From assembly GCF_009914755.1 (NCBI RefSeq), contig NC_060928.1: a stretch of 64,000 nucleotides of DNA; one strand, 5' to 3'. Made by a program: the position numbers and the translations under genes. The stretch is from the human T2T-CHM13v2.0 reference genome, Homo sapiens. The notes beneath the pieces are model-generated. The model saw nothing but the letters and a program-made list of their open reading frames with translations. It made no database searches and was not told where the DNA came from. This document shows, piece by piece, positions 44,743-64,000 of this stretch (within the stretch, counting starts at the first letter, position 1; each line of letters opens with the position of its first letter).

Positions 44743-44927
44743 CAGCAGCGTGCAGGGTCAAAGACAGCCGGCCCCCCATGTCAGTGGTCTAGGATGGCCA
44801 GTGAAGGCACCAACATCCCAAGTCCTGTGGTGCGCCAGATTGACAAGCAGTTTCTGATTTGCAGTATATGCCTGGAACGGTACAAGAATCCCAAGGTTCT
44901 CCCCTGTCTGCACACTTTCTGCGAGAG
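44743..44927 (+). CDS. TRIM2: TRIM2 coding exon containing the MASEG start (ATG 44794) and first half of the RING finger; 17 in-frame upstream codons ([17 protein letters not shown]) used by longer isoform
   Basis: Pyrimidine tract + AG acceptor (tctgtctgacag|CAG), strong Kozak aggATGg at 44794. Translates [45 protein letters not shown] with CxxC...CxHxxC; donor AG|gtaagc at 44927/8. Protein recognised as TRIM2 from memory. Confidence 0.96.
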
Positions 44928-46550
44928 GTAAGCCTCCTTTGTGCTTGGAGAAGGGAGTTTCGCAGGCTGACCTCCTACAACCTACTGCAGGATTCTTTCC
45001 CAGAATTCTACAGTTACCTTTGAGAGAAAACTAATCTCTTGTGCTTCTGCCAGACATTGAAAAACAGAATCATGAGTTGCAAATAATTTACTTTATTTCA
45101 AACCATTATAAGCAAGAGAAAGCAATCCAGTAACTACTGATTCGTTTACACAAGAGATGGAGCATTAAATAAGAATGTTAAGTTGAAAAATCTTTTAAAA
45201 CTTCCCTTTGTTCTTTGTGAAACAATTTTTGTCCACAGCAGATCCCTACAGAGGGTCTTTCAGAGTCAATTAAAAAAATCTATCATTTCCTCCCATATAA
45301 CAAATCAGGTAAAACATCTGCATACATGAGTTGTTACTTCAAAAGGTATAGCTTCTTTTTCAAAGATTCTTCAGACACATACTAATGTCACATTTGAATG
45401 CTATGATGTTTTAGATAAAGAAAAAATATATATTAAATAAATTACCTGACTATGTAATTTGCTGTATGTGAAAACAGACTTCCTTATTTATCTTCTTCAT
45501 AGAGTATTTGTTTTTGGAGAGGGGCGTTAATCAGTTATCAAAATATACTTTTACCCCATTGTTTAACTTACCATGTAAGCAATTAAGCATAAGTTTGTTA
45601 GTAATTAGTTTATCTTACTTATAAATATTTCCCTAGTAAAGTTATGTATCTTTCTTAAAAATAAATATGGTAATTGTGTTTTATAGCATTTTGTTAAGTA
45701 CATTTTTATCATTATTTAATATACATACTTAAAATGCTTTACTTCCTGTGATAGAACTGGAAATCAGTATTTCAAATGGCTTCAAATCTATGCTGATTAC
45801 ACAAATATCTGATTTAACATGTCTTTATTATCTGATTGACCATTTTTTGAGTTGATTTACTTTGCAAGGTTCAATTGCAAAAGAATAACCATATCCTTCA
45901 TGGTGGTGATGGATAGAAGGAGAAGGTAGATTTGTTACTAGTAGTTGTGGCTTTTTTGTTTGTTTTGGGTTGTTGTGGGGTTTTGTGTGTGTGCGTGTGC
46001 TTGTGTATATGGGTTTTGGTTTGTTTTAGTGGTGGTATATAGGGCACTTTTTATTTTATTCATTTTATACTTTGGCTTAAGTGCTTGGTAATTCATATTA
46101 CAAAATAATTAGAGTGTGATTCCTCCATCCCCTTAATGGGTGCACCTAAAACATGAATACCAGCTAATCGTCCATGTGTCCCTGGGCACACATGGGAAGA
46201 TCGTTACCTGATGTGCAGCAGTCGGCATAGCTTGGCTGATACTCTCTATAGAAGTGCATTCAGAGCCACTCAGTCTGAACTTGGCAGAATTGCCCCATAT
46301 CCCAGTATTCAGTGTCCAGCCTATCTATTGTTTGGGTCCTACTTCCTCACTCTGACAGGTGAGAAGCAACACTCTGGCTGCCCTAGGTCTGCCCCTGCTA
46401 TCTTCTTTGGGGATCTAGCCCAACCCACTTCCACTCCCCACCCAATAGCTGGTGGTAGAGATTTGTGAGATTCTGCTACAGCAAGTCCTTACACAATGCT
46501 CTGTGTTAAAATTGTTCCAGCCTCATGCATGTTGAGATGATTTCCTCTTC

Positions 46551-47994
<1,444 letters not shown>

Positions 47995-48029
47995 CTTACA
48001 GTCACTCTTATCCCACATCTTCCAAAACA

Positions 48030-49290
48030 GCATCAAAAGGCTTGAAGGAGAGCAAAGCCAGACATAGCTGCTGGCCCCTTGGAACTCACAGCCTAGTGGA
48101 GGAGCCAGTCACTAACCCCCTAATTGCTCAGACTAATGTGAAATTAAACCAGTGACAAGTGCTGTACACCAGAAGTATACAGGAAACAATATAATAGAGG
48201 AATTTGCCCTAATCCGGGAAGGCTTCCTTGCAGAAGTGATGATTACGCAGAAACCCCAATGATGAGTAAAAATTAACTAAACAAAGGGGAGTGAATAGAA
48301 TTTCAGGTATGTGCAAAGGTGCTATAGTGGGAGGTTGCTATAGTGAGTGAGAGGTGCTACAGTGAGAGGGTTATTCAACACTGAGGAAGAACTTAAATAA
48401 GTCCACTGTGGCTGGTATGCAGCAAATGAGGGGAAGAGACAGAAAGTATGTAGGTGCTAGGCCATATGAGATGTGTAATCCATGTTGCCATATATGGATT
48501 TTTGTCTTTGTTGTAAGAGCAGTGGAAGTGGAAACCATGGCATGGCTTTCATCTCAGATGGTGTGGGAGGGAGATTTAAATGGCTCTCTTTGAGTTTTGA
48601 GAAGGTCACTCTGGTTGCAATGTGGATAATTGTTAGAGGGTACAAGGATGGTTATATAGCAGGGCATGAAGAGAACTGGAGAGGTTAGAAAGATATGTAG
48701 GCATTTGGACATGCTTTGGTGATGGGTTGGATATGGAAAATGAAGGACAGTAAGGGAGTTACTGTTTTAAGAATGACTCCTAGTTTCTGGTTTGTTTAAA
48801 TAAATGGATGGAGGTGCTATTCATCAGGAATGGGAGAGGATACAGTCTGGGGTTCAGATAATGGGTTTGGTTTTGTTCATGTTGAGTTTTAGGACCTGCA
48901 AGACATCTAAGAAAAGATGTCAACAGGTCAGTTAATGAGGCTCAAAGGAGATGTCTGTGGGAAGAAATATAATTTTGGGAGCCTGATGCTTGTAGCCACA
49001 CCTGTGATATGAATATAATATTCCAGAAAGAGAAGAGGTCTCATGATGAATGGAACCTTGATTAACTCAAAACTGTATTGACTCAGAAAAGACAGAGCAG
49101 ACAGGAGAACCATGTGAGTGTGGTGTCATAAAGTCAAGGGAAGAGAAATTTTTCAATAAAAAGGAAGGTGAGCAGAGCAATAATCAAGCTTAATGATACT
49201 TCCCAGAAGTCTAGTAAGATAAAATTGAAAAACATCTGCTGGATTCAGACGTCGTTAATGACCTTAGCAAAAGCTGTTTCATGTCTGGTA
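48030..49290 (-). mobile_element. L2 long fragment
   Basis: ggaaggcttcct...gaaggtcactctggttgcaatgtgga...ttggatatggaa...catgttgagttt. Confidence 0.7.
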
Positions 49291-49904
49291 TTGGTTCAGG
49301 GCTAGCTACCTCTGTGACATAGACAAGATCAGTGAATGTCTCTGATGTCAGGTCTATTCATCTGCAAAATAAGGGGAATGGGGCTAGGTTGGTGTGTTTT
49401 GAATTGTTTGGCTAGGTACTGGAAAAAATTGTATAGTCTAATTATTGAGAGCTTAGATTATGGTGCCAAACTGCCTGTGTTTGAATTTGTACTTTGTACT
49501 CTGCTCCTGACCAGCTAAGTATCTTGGACAAGTACGCTGGCCTGTCTCTGTCTGTTGCATCACGTGTCTCAAGGAATCATAACAGTACCTATCTCATAGG
49601 CTCATTGGAAGTACTTTGAATTCAATGAGCAGCATATGTGTGAGTCATTATTAGTGACACACTTCTTTAACTAAATGAGTTAAGTTGATACCTGTTGAGT
49701 AGAGACAAGGAGAAGAGATGGTGTGGCTCTGACTCTGGGTGTCCCATTCTTGCTTCAAGCAAATATTTCCACTTTGATGTGTTTTTTATATCTCATTATG
49801 ATTTTGTACGTAAGAAGAATTTTATTGCTAACAAAAATATTTGATGTGTTTCTTTCAATTTCAAAGTCCACACATTTATGAGCCCACTGCTAGATATTGT
49901 GGGC

Positions 49905-50062
49905 CAGTGCTTCTCAAACTTTAACATGTATGCAAATCACATGGGGAGCTGACTCAGCAGGTGTTCGATAGGGTCTAAGATTCTGCATTTCTACCAAATG
50001 CACCCCCCAGGGAGGCTGACGCTGCTCATCCATGGACCACACTTTGTGTGCCAAGGCACTAG
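49905..50062. mobile_element. MER5A-like hAT MITE
   Basis: cagtgcttctcaaacttt...gattctgcatttcta...ggaccacacttt. Confidence 0.75.
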
Positions 50063-50294
50063 AAAACACTACAAAAGTCAATGACATTTTTTATTTCCTT
50101 GAGCATAATCATTTGCCTCATTAGTGTGAGTACAGCTTACCTGTTGGTTTCTGAAATATTATTTTCCTAGTAAAGGAGACTGGGATGGGAGTTTCTGCCA
50201 AATACCTTGTGTAGTCACTGAGAACATGTATGGTACCTGTGAGAAGTGGAGGTTCTGCACTGTGCTAAGCTCTCCACCTCTGCTTCTGCAACAG

Positions 50295-50532
50295 GTGCCT
50301 GCAGAACTACATTCCTGCCCACAGTTTAACCCTCTCCTGCCCAGTGTGCCGCCAGACCTCCATCCTGCCCGAGAAAGGGGTGGCCGCGCTCCAGAACAAT
50401 TTCTTCATCACAAACCTGATGGACGTGCTGCAGCGAACTCCAGGCAGCAACGCTGAGGAGTCTTCCATCCTGGAGACAGTCACTGCTGTGGCTGCGGGAA
50501 AGCCTCTCTCTTGCCCAAACCACGATGGGAAT
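50295..50532 (+). CDS. TRIM2: TRIM2 coding exon: second half of RING (CLQNY...SCPVCR), linker and start of B-box (LSCPNHDGN)
   Basis: Acceptor ttctgcaacag|G completes the AG+G Arg codon from the previous exon. Frame reads [79 protein letters not shown]; donor AAT|gtaagt. Confidence 0.96.
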
Positions 50533-51109
50533 GTAAGTGGCTGGGATGGCAGATACTGCCCGGGAGCATGACTACTGTGGCCTTGGGGAGGCTTTGGGTA
50601 CATCAGAGATTACAGATTGAAACAGAACTCCATGTGGAAAAATCAGTAATTAAAAAAGATTTTTACCAGCCCTCAGACTACCTGCTCACTTTCTTTGACC
50701 AGAACTATTTAAATAACGAAATCAATCTCCACTGTGTCTCCTTCACACATATTGTTGGTATCCCCAGGACAGCAAACCAGTAGCTATTTGCAAGCTGACC
50801 TACATAAACATCTGTGTAATAAATTTATGGATACGGATTTAACAATGGATAAGTTCTGTAAGTTGAGAATGATTATTAAAATGTTAATTAGAGTTCTTTA
50901 TTTTTCTTGGGAGGGAAATTTTCTCATGCTACATTAGACCTTATTCCTTATTAATAGATAGAATTTGAAGCTATGTGAATCCCTGATAGTAGATTATAGA
51001 TTATGAATTCCAAACATATTTCTTGCTACTAGTGAGTACAATAACTGTTAGAAGCTCAGGAGGACCTGTGGGTACCATCAAGTAACTGATTCACAATAGC
51101 TATGTAACC

Positions 51110-52060
51110 TGAAGAGGCAGCATTGTGTAGCGTCTAAGGACATTGGCTTTGGAGTCAGGCTGCCTGATTCAAATCCTGCTCTTAAACTTATTCCCTGTGC
51201 CAGCTTTGGTAAGTTTATTAAACTCTCTGCGTCTCATTTCTTTATCAGTTAAAAAAAAGTAATAATAGTATTTACCATATAGAATATTGGAAGAATTAAA
51301 TGTTCAAGTCATGTAAATCATATAGTAGGATCTTGATAAATGTCAGCTTTAACATTTTTTCATTAATTACTTTATATTCATCTCATTTGTATATTGGTCA
51401 CTTCAAAAGTATTTGAAACTGCTTAAAACAAAAGGCCCAGGTATAACAAAACCACTAAGACAAGCAAGCAATCATTAGAGCAAAGCAATTCTTATTAGCC
51501 ACACTACTGTTTGTTTACCTCATCTCCCAGCATTCTCTCTGCACACTGTGCTGGAGCCTCACCAGCCTCCTAGAACCTGCCAAATGGTTTCCCTCCTCGG
51601 GGCCTGGCTGTTCTGTTCCTTCTGCCTGGGTTGCTCTTTGTTTCCTCTTTATGTGGCGAGCTTATTCTCTTCCTTGAAGTCTCACTGCAAATTTCTCCTG
51701 CACACAGCAGTCTTCTCCACCTGTACCGTCTAACACAGGTTGCCTCTTACAGCTGGTTACCCTCCATCATGTCCCTGCTTTCTTTCCTCCCTGGTGCTCA
51801 CTGTGGTCTGCTTGCCATCAGCTGTGTATTTGTGTACTTATTAGTCCTGGCTTTCCCTCTAGAATGTGAGCTCTGGGAGGGCAAGGACCTGTCATTAGAC
51901 CCCTAGCACTGAGGGCAGTGTCTTATACATAGAAGTCAATAAATATTTGTTGAACAAATTTGCCAGACACCGTATTTGGCTCCTTAAACCCCCCTCTGCA
52001 AAGTAGTTGTTGGTTACTTTCACTTTATAAGATGAAGAAACTGAGGCTGAAACAGTTTAA
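51110..52060. mobile_element. MIR and L2 fragments
   Basis: ggctttggagtcagg...ttcaaatcct; ctagaatgtgagctc...aataaatatttgttgaa. Confidence 0.7.
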
Positions 52061-52484
52061 GTCACAAAGCTTGCTGGGCACATTGTAAAAGCTAGCCCTG
52101 GAAGAAATAGCATCCTGAGCTTTCTGGTAGCCAAAACAAGAGAAGGACACCATGGCTTACACATCTGTAATAATTTAATTGAAAGCACACCAGGCTATTA
52201 ATAGCTATCAGTTTTCCATGCATTTTATGCCAAGGGAAATTGATCATCTAAATTTTGCAAAAAGAACTTTTAAATGCTGCTTTTGAAAGCAGGTTGAGTA
52301 TTTTCCTCATGACCACTTCTCACACTGGTGCTTAGTGAATGCTGAGGCTGTCTATGCCTGGAGCTTGCACTCTAAATACTAGTTATGGGAAGGTATTTCT
52401 ATCAGGTGTAAGAGTGCCCCTTAAAATGAGGCTCTCTGGAGACGTGACTTGATAGAGGAGTAAAGTCTTAGAAACATTAGGTTG

Positions 52485-52814
52485 TTTTATTTTTTATGGG
52501 TTTTTTAGTTTTTGTTTTTGTTTCTGAGACAGAGTCTCAATCTGTCATCCAGGCTGGAGTGCAGTGGCACGATCATGGCTCACTGAAGCCTCGACCTCCT
52601 GGCTTAAGCGATATTTCCACCTCAGTCCTGTCCTCTGCCCCAGTATCTGGGACTACAGGTGCATGCCACCACGCCCAGCTAATTTTTGTATTTTCTGTAG
52701 AGACAGGGTCTCACTATGTTGCCAAGACTGGTCTCAAACTCCTGGTCCCAAGTGATTCACCTGCCTTGGCCTCCCAAAGTGCTGAAATTACAGTTATGCG
52801 CCACTGTGCCCAGC
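52485..52814 (-). mobile_element. Alu (AluJ-like)
   Basis: Antisense dimer. Confidence 0.9.
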
Positions 52815-52918
52815 CAAGCTAATATTTCTAACTGTCATTATTTCTCATTCTACATGACAGCCCCTTCATATCCCAAATTTACACCAGTGTCTATAGTAGG
52901 TCTCCTAATGTTTCTAAG

Positions 52919-53236
52919 GGCCAGACATGGTGGCTCATGCCTGTAATCCCAGCACTTTGGGAGGCTGAGGCAAGCCAATCGCTTGAGCCCAGGAGTTTGA
53001 GACCTGACTGGGCAACATGGCGAAATCCCACCTCTACCAAAAATACAAAAATCAGCTGGGCATGATGGGGCTGCATCTGTAGTCCCAGCTGTTCAGAGGC
53101 TGAGGTAGGAGGATCCTGTGGGTCCAGACATTGAGGGTTCAGTGAGCCATGATTGCGCCTCTGCGCTCCAACCCAGGTGACAGAGCAAGACTCTATCTCA
53201 AAAAAAAAAAAAAAAATTAAGAAAAAATAAATAAAT
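52919..53236 (+). mobile_element. Alu (AluJ-like)
   Basis: Sense dimer with poly(A). Confidence 0.9.
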
Positions 53237-54019
53237 GTTACCTCCATAAGTAAAGTGAGAATGTCATGAAATTCAGGCAACAGCTTATAGCTCAAGGAAG
53301 CGGCTAGAACATGGAGACAGCGGAGTTGAGGGTGGGACACAGGTGGGCCTGAAAAGATAGATGTGGAGAGATTGGGATGAGCTGTGAATATCATTAAGAA
53401 CATGTTTGACGTCAATTTCTTAAATTGCAAAAGCATCAAAGCCTTCTGAACAGGAGATAGGTATTTTATTGACATTTTGGAGGAATGGGGTGGCAGACAC
53501 TAAAGGCTGGGAAACCAATTATGAGTTTACTGAATTGTCCAAATGAGAGATAAGAGATGGAACTAGAATAGCATCAATGGGCCTGGGGAAGACAGCATGA
53601 ATTTCAGAGAAAAGAGTACTCTTTGACTCAAGAATCTGCCTCCCACAAATAAAAAGGCCTGTGCTAAAGTCTGTTAAGCTAAGCTATTAGATCGTGAGAA
53701 CTTCAGCAACTAAAATTAATCTTATACTAGGTCACAAAGAAAATACCACTATATTTTCCCATTGTGTAAAGCAAGTTCCTGCCCTACAATGCACTAAAAT
53801 TACATTAGTAACACATGTTTATGGGGAAAAAACAAATCTCCTTTAAAAGTTAATAATTATTTAATCAAAGAAATAATAGAAAATAATAGAAATAATAGAA
53901 AATTGGACTATTTACAAAGTATTGGAAGTGGAAACTTTTTATATCCAATGTGTAGGGTCAAATCTCTACCCAGGAAATTTTATAGGTTTAAGTATTTTCC
54001 TTTATTTAAAAAGAATTAC

Positions 54020-54521
<502 letters not shown>

Positions 54522-54793
54522 TTAGAAAAAGAGTAATAAAATAAACATATGGAACATACACAAAGAAAGAAAAGAACAGAAATATCTACACATAGTATAG
54601 TAAGTTTATTAAATACATAGTATATATATTTCTGCATTGTAGGAAAAGCTAGAAAGGTCTCCCATTTCATTTGTGATACGCTTATAACCCTGATACCAAA
54701 ACCTAATGAAGATAGAACAAAAAGAAAATCATTAGTAGCTTAATTTATGACATTGGCTGTAAAATTATTAATTAAAATACCCCAGCAAATTCC

Positions 54794-55397
<604 letters not shown>

Positions 55398-56841
55398 TGC
55401 AAATTCTTAATATGTAAAAGCACTTACAAATTAAGAAAAATATGAGCATCATAAAAGAAAATGAGCAAATAACTCAGAAAATCCACAGAGGATATATAAA
55501 TGCCTAAAAATCATTTATGGAAAAATGTCAAGCTTCACAGATAATCAGTTCTTTTCAAATTAACTACAAATTTTTTAAAAGGTAGTAACCAGCGCTCTTG
55601 AGAGTATGTATGGTGAGACATTTTCATATGCTGTGGGTGGAAGGGTAAATTGCTCTTCAGAAAGTTTACGTCAATTTGACAAAATATAATGAGTGTTTTA
55701 TACAGCCTCTCATCTTTTAATCCAGTAATTCCACCAGTGGAAATATTTCTAAGGAAATAGCTAGAGCGGAAGATAAAGCTCAAAAATTGGAAATAATCTA
55801 AATGTGCAACATTAGGGGGCAAGAATGCTTGGCAAATTAGCAGCATGTGCCTTAAATCATTCTATTGTTTGATTATAGATTGTAGAAGTTCACTGCTGCT
55901 GTTTTGAAACAGTAGTCTTCATTGCATATTCAAGCCAAATTCATGCAATGTTCCAGATAAATTGCTGCAGTTAGTTGCTGTGAGTAGATCTTTAAAAACA
56001 ATCCAAGCATCTGAAGGTTAATAAAATCAATTCATTAACAATAAAGCAGGGTGCTGCCATCCCCACTGTCTGATGCTGATTGGCACGTGTGGATGAAAGC
56101 CTGTCATCAACTTTAAGTGCTGTGACACTATCTGTCTTCTAATTAAACTGCCATGGTGGCATTGTTCAAATACAAAAGAAAAAGAAAAATAATGGTCAGT
56201 GATCTAACAGGTTCTTTGCACTTAAAGCAGACACTTGAGCTCATGCCTCATGGTCCCTGGAACACAAATGATCATTAAACCCTGTTATTGGTTGCTTAGG
56301 CACCTGACTATCAAGGGTGTCAAAGGTGCAAAGGAGAGGTCCTCATTAAGACTGCCCTGCCACTAACAAGTTTCCACTTCCATATCAGGATCAACTGTCA
56401 GTGCCCTTAAGAAGCCAAGCCTCAGGGTTGGCTGCAAGGCCTTGACCATCTTTTTTGCATGTTAGGAATGCATAGGATCCTGCCAGTCTCTTCTGGTGAA
56501 CATAAATGGTGACTATCCATCAACAATAAGCTCATCCTAGCTTTTGGCCTGCCCACCCACCCCAGGCCGCACCAGCATCATCTCACTGGAGATGGATGAA
56601 ATGGATGAGCTCAGCAGAATTACACGCCCCACACAATTAGCTCTCAGCTTAAACCAAAGCTGTCAGAACCGAAGCACGAGCCTTTGAAAATGACTAGCTA
56701 TTGATAATTCAAAATCATTTCAGGGCCTTGGCTTCCCAAGACACACTTAAGATATTGAACTAGGAATAATAAGCCAGGTCTGCTGCTGTCTCTTCAAAGC
56801 TGAGATCAATTTTTGTTTGTTTGTTTCTGAAGTAAAATTCA

Positions 56842-63840
<6,999 letters not shown>

Positions 63841-64000
63841 CTGCTGTTTTCAGTAACATCACTTCCCTGTAATCATTTAAAAATATGAATTAAAAAGAAG
63901 GATAATAATAGTAATGGATGCTGATCTTTTTTCATACATGATGAACTCTGGTCTTGAGGATTTTTTACATTTTTCGCGACTCTATATTATTTTGCATCCT

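Noticed and set aside
50226-50603. Overlapping alternative-frame and antisense ORFs over the second TRIM2 exon
   Set aside because: Expected by-product of a GC-rich coding exon; no independent signals.
52891-53475. Longest ORF in the track (194 aa), and similar ones at 6242-6769 and 10048-10599
   Set aside because: They run through Alu or MaLR sequence (typical Alu-derived peptides); no domain or exon structure.
56076-56089. ATTGG-CACG as an ER-stress element (ERSE-II)
   Set aside because: ERSE-II is ATTGG-N-CCACG; spacing and sequence do not match.

Overview
Human-type (primate) genomic DNA, almost entirely intronic and very repeat-rich: about 45 Alu elements or fragments, plus L1, L2, MIR, CR1/L3, MaLR and ERV1 solo LTRs and DNA transposons. 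The only protein-coding sequence I can support is two + strand exons (44743-44927 and 50295-50532). They encode the N-terminal C3HC4 RING and the start of the B-box of TRIM2 (E3 ligase; [50 protein letters not shown]...), recognised from memory of the protein. Upstream lie a CpG-rich, promoter-like island (~23.0-23.8 kb), a repeat-free candidate regulatory block (~31-32 kb), a 324-nt TTC/CTC polypyrimidine tract and a Y3 RNA retrocopy. Nearly all ORFs in the supplied track are Alu/L1/microsatellite artefacts. I found no clearly new biological system. The best testable hypotheses are (i) a 423-nt exon circle with a stop-free rolling RING ORF, (ii) an in-frame alternative first exon in the CpG island, (iii) a (TTC)38/GAA expansion-type repeat in a neuropathy gene and (iv) a 4-codon uORF abutting the start codon. 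Repeat boundaries and subfamily names were assigned by eye and are approximate.
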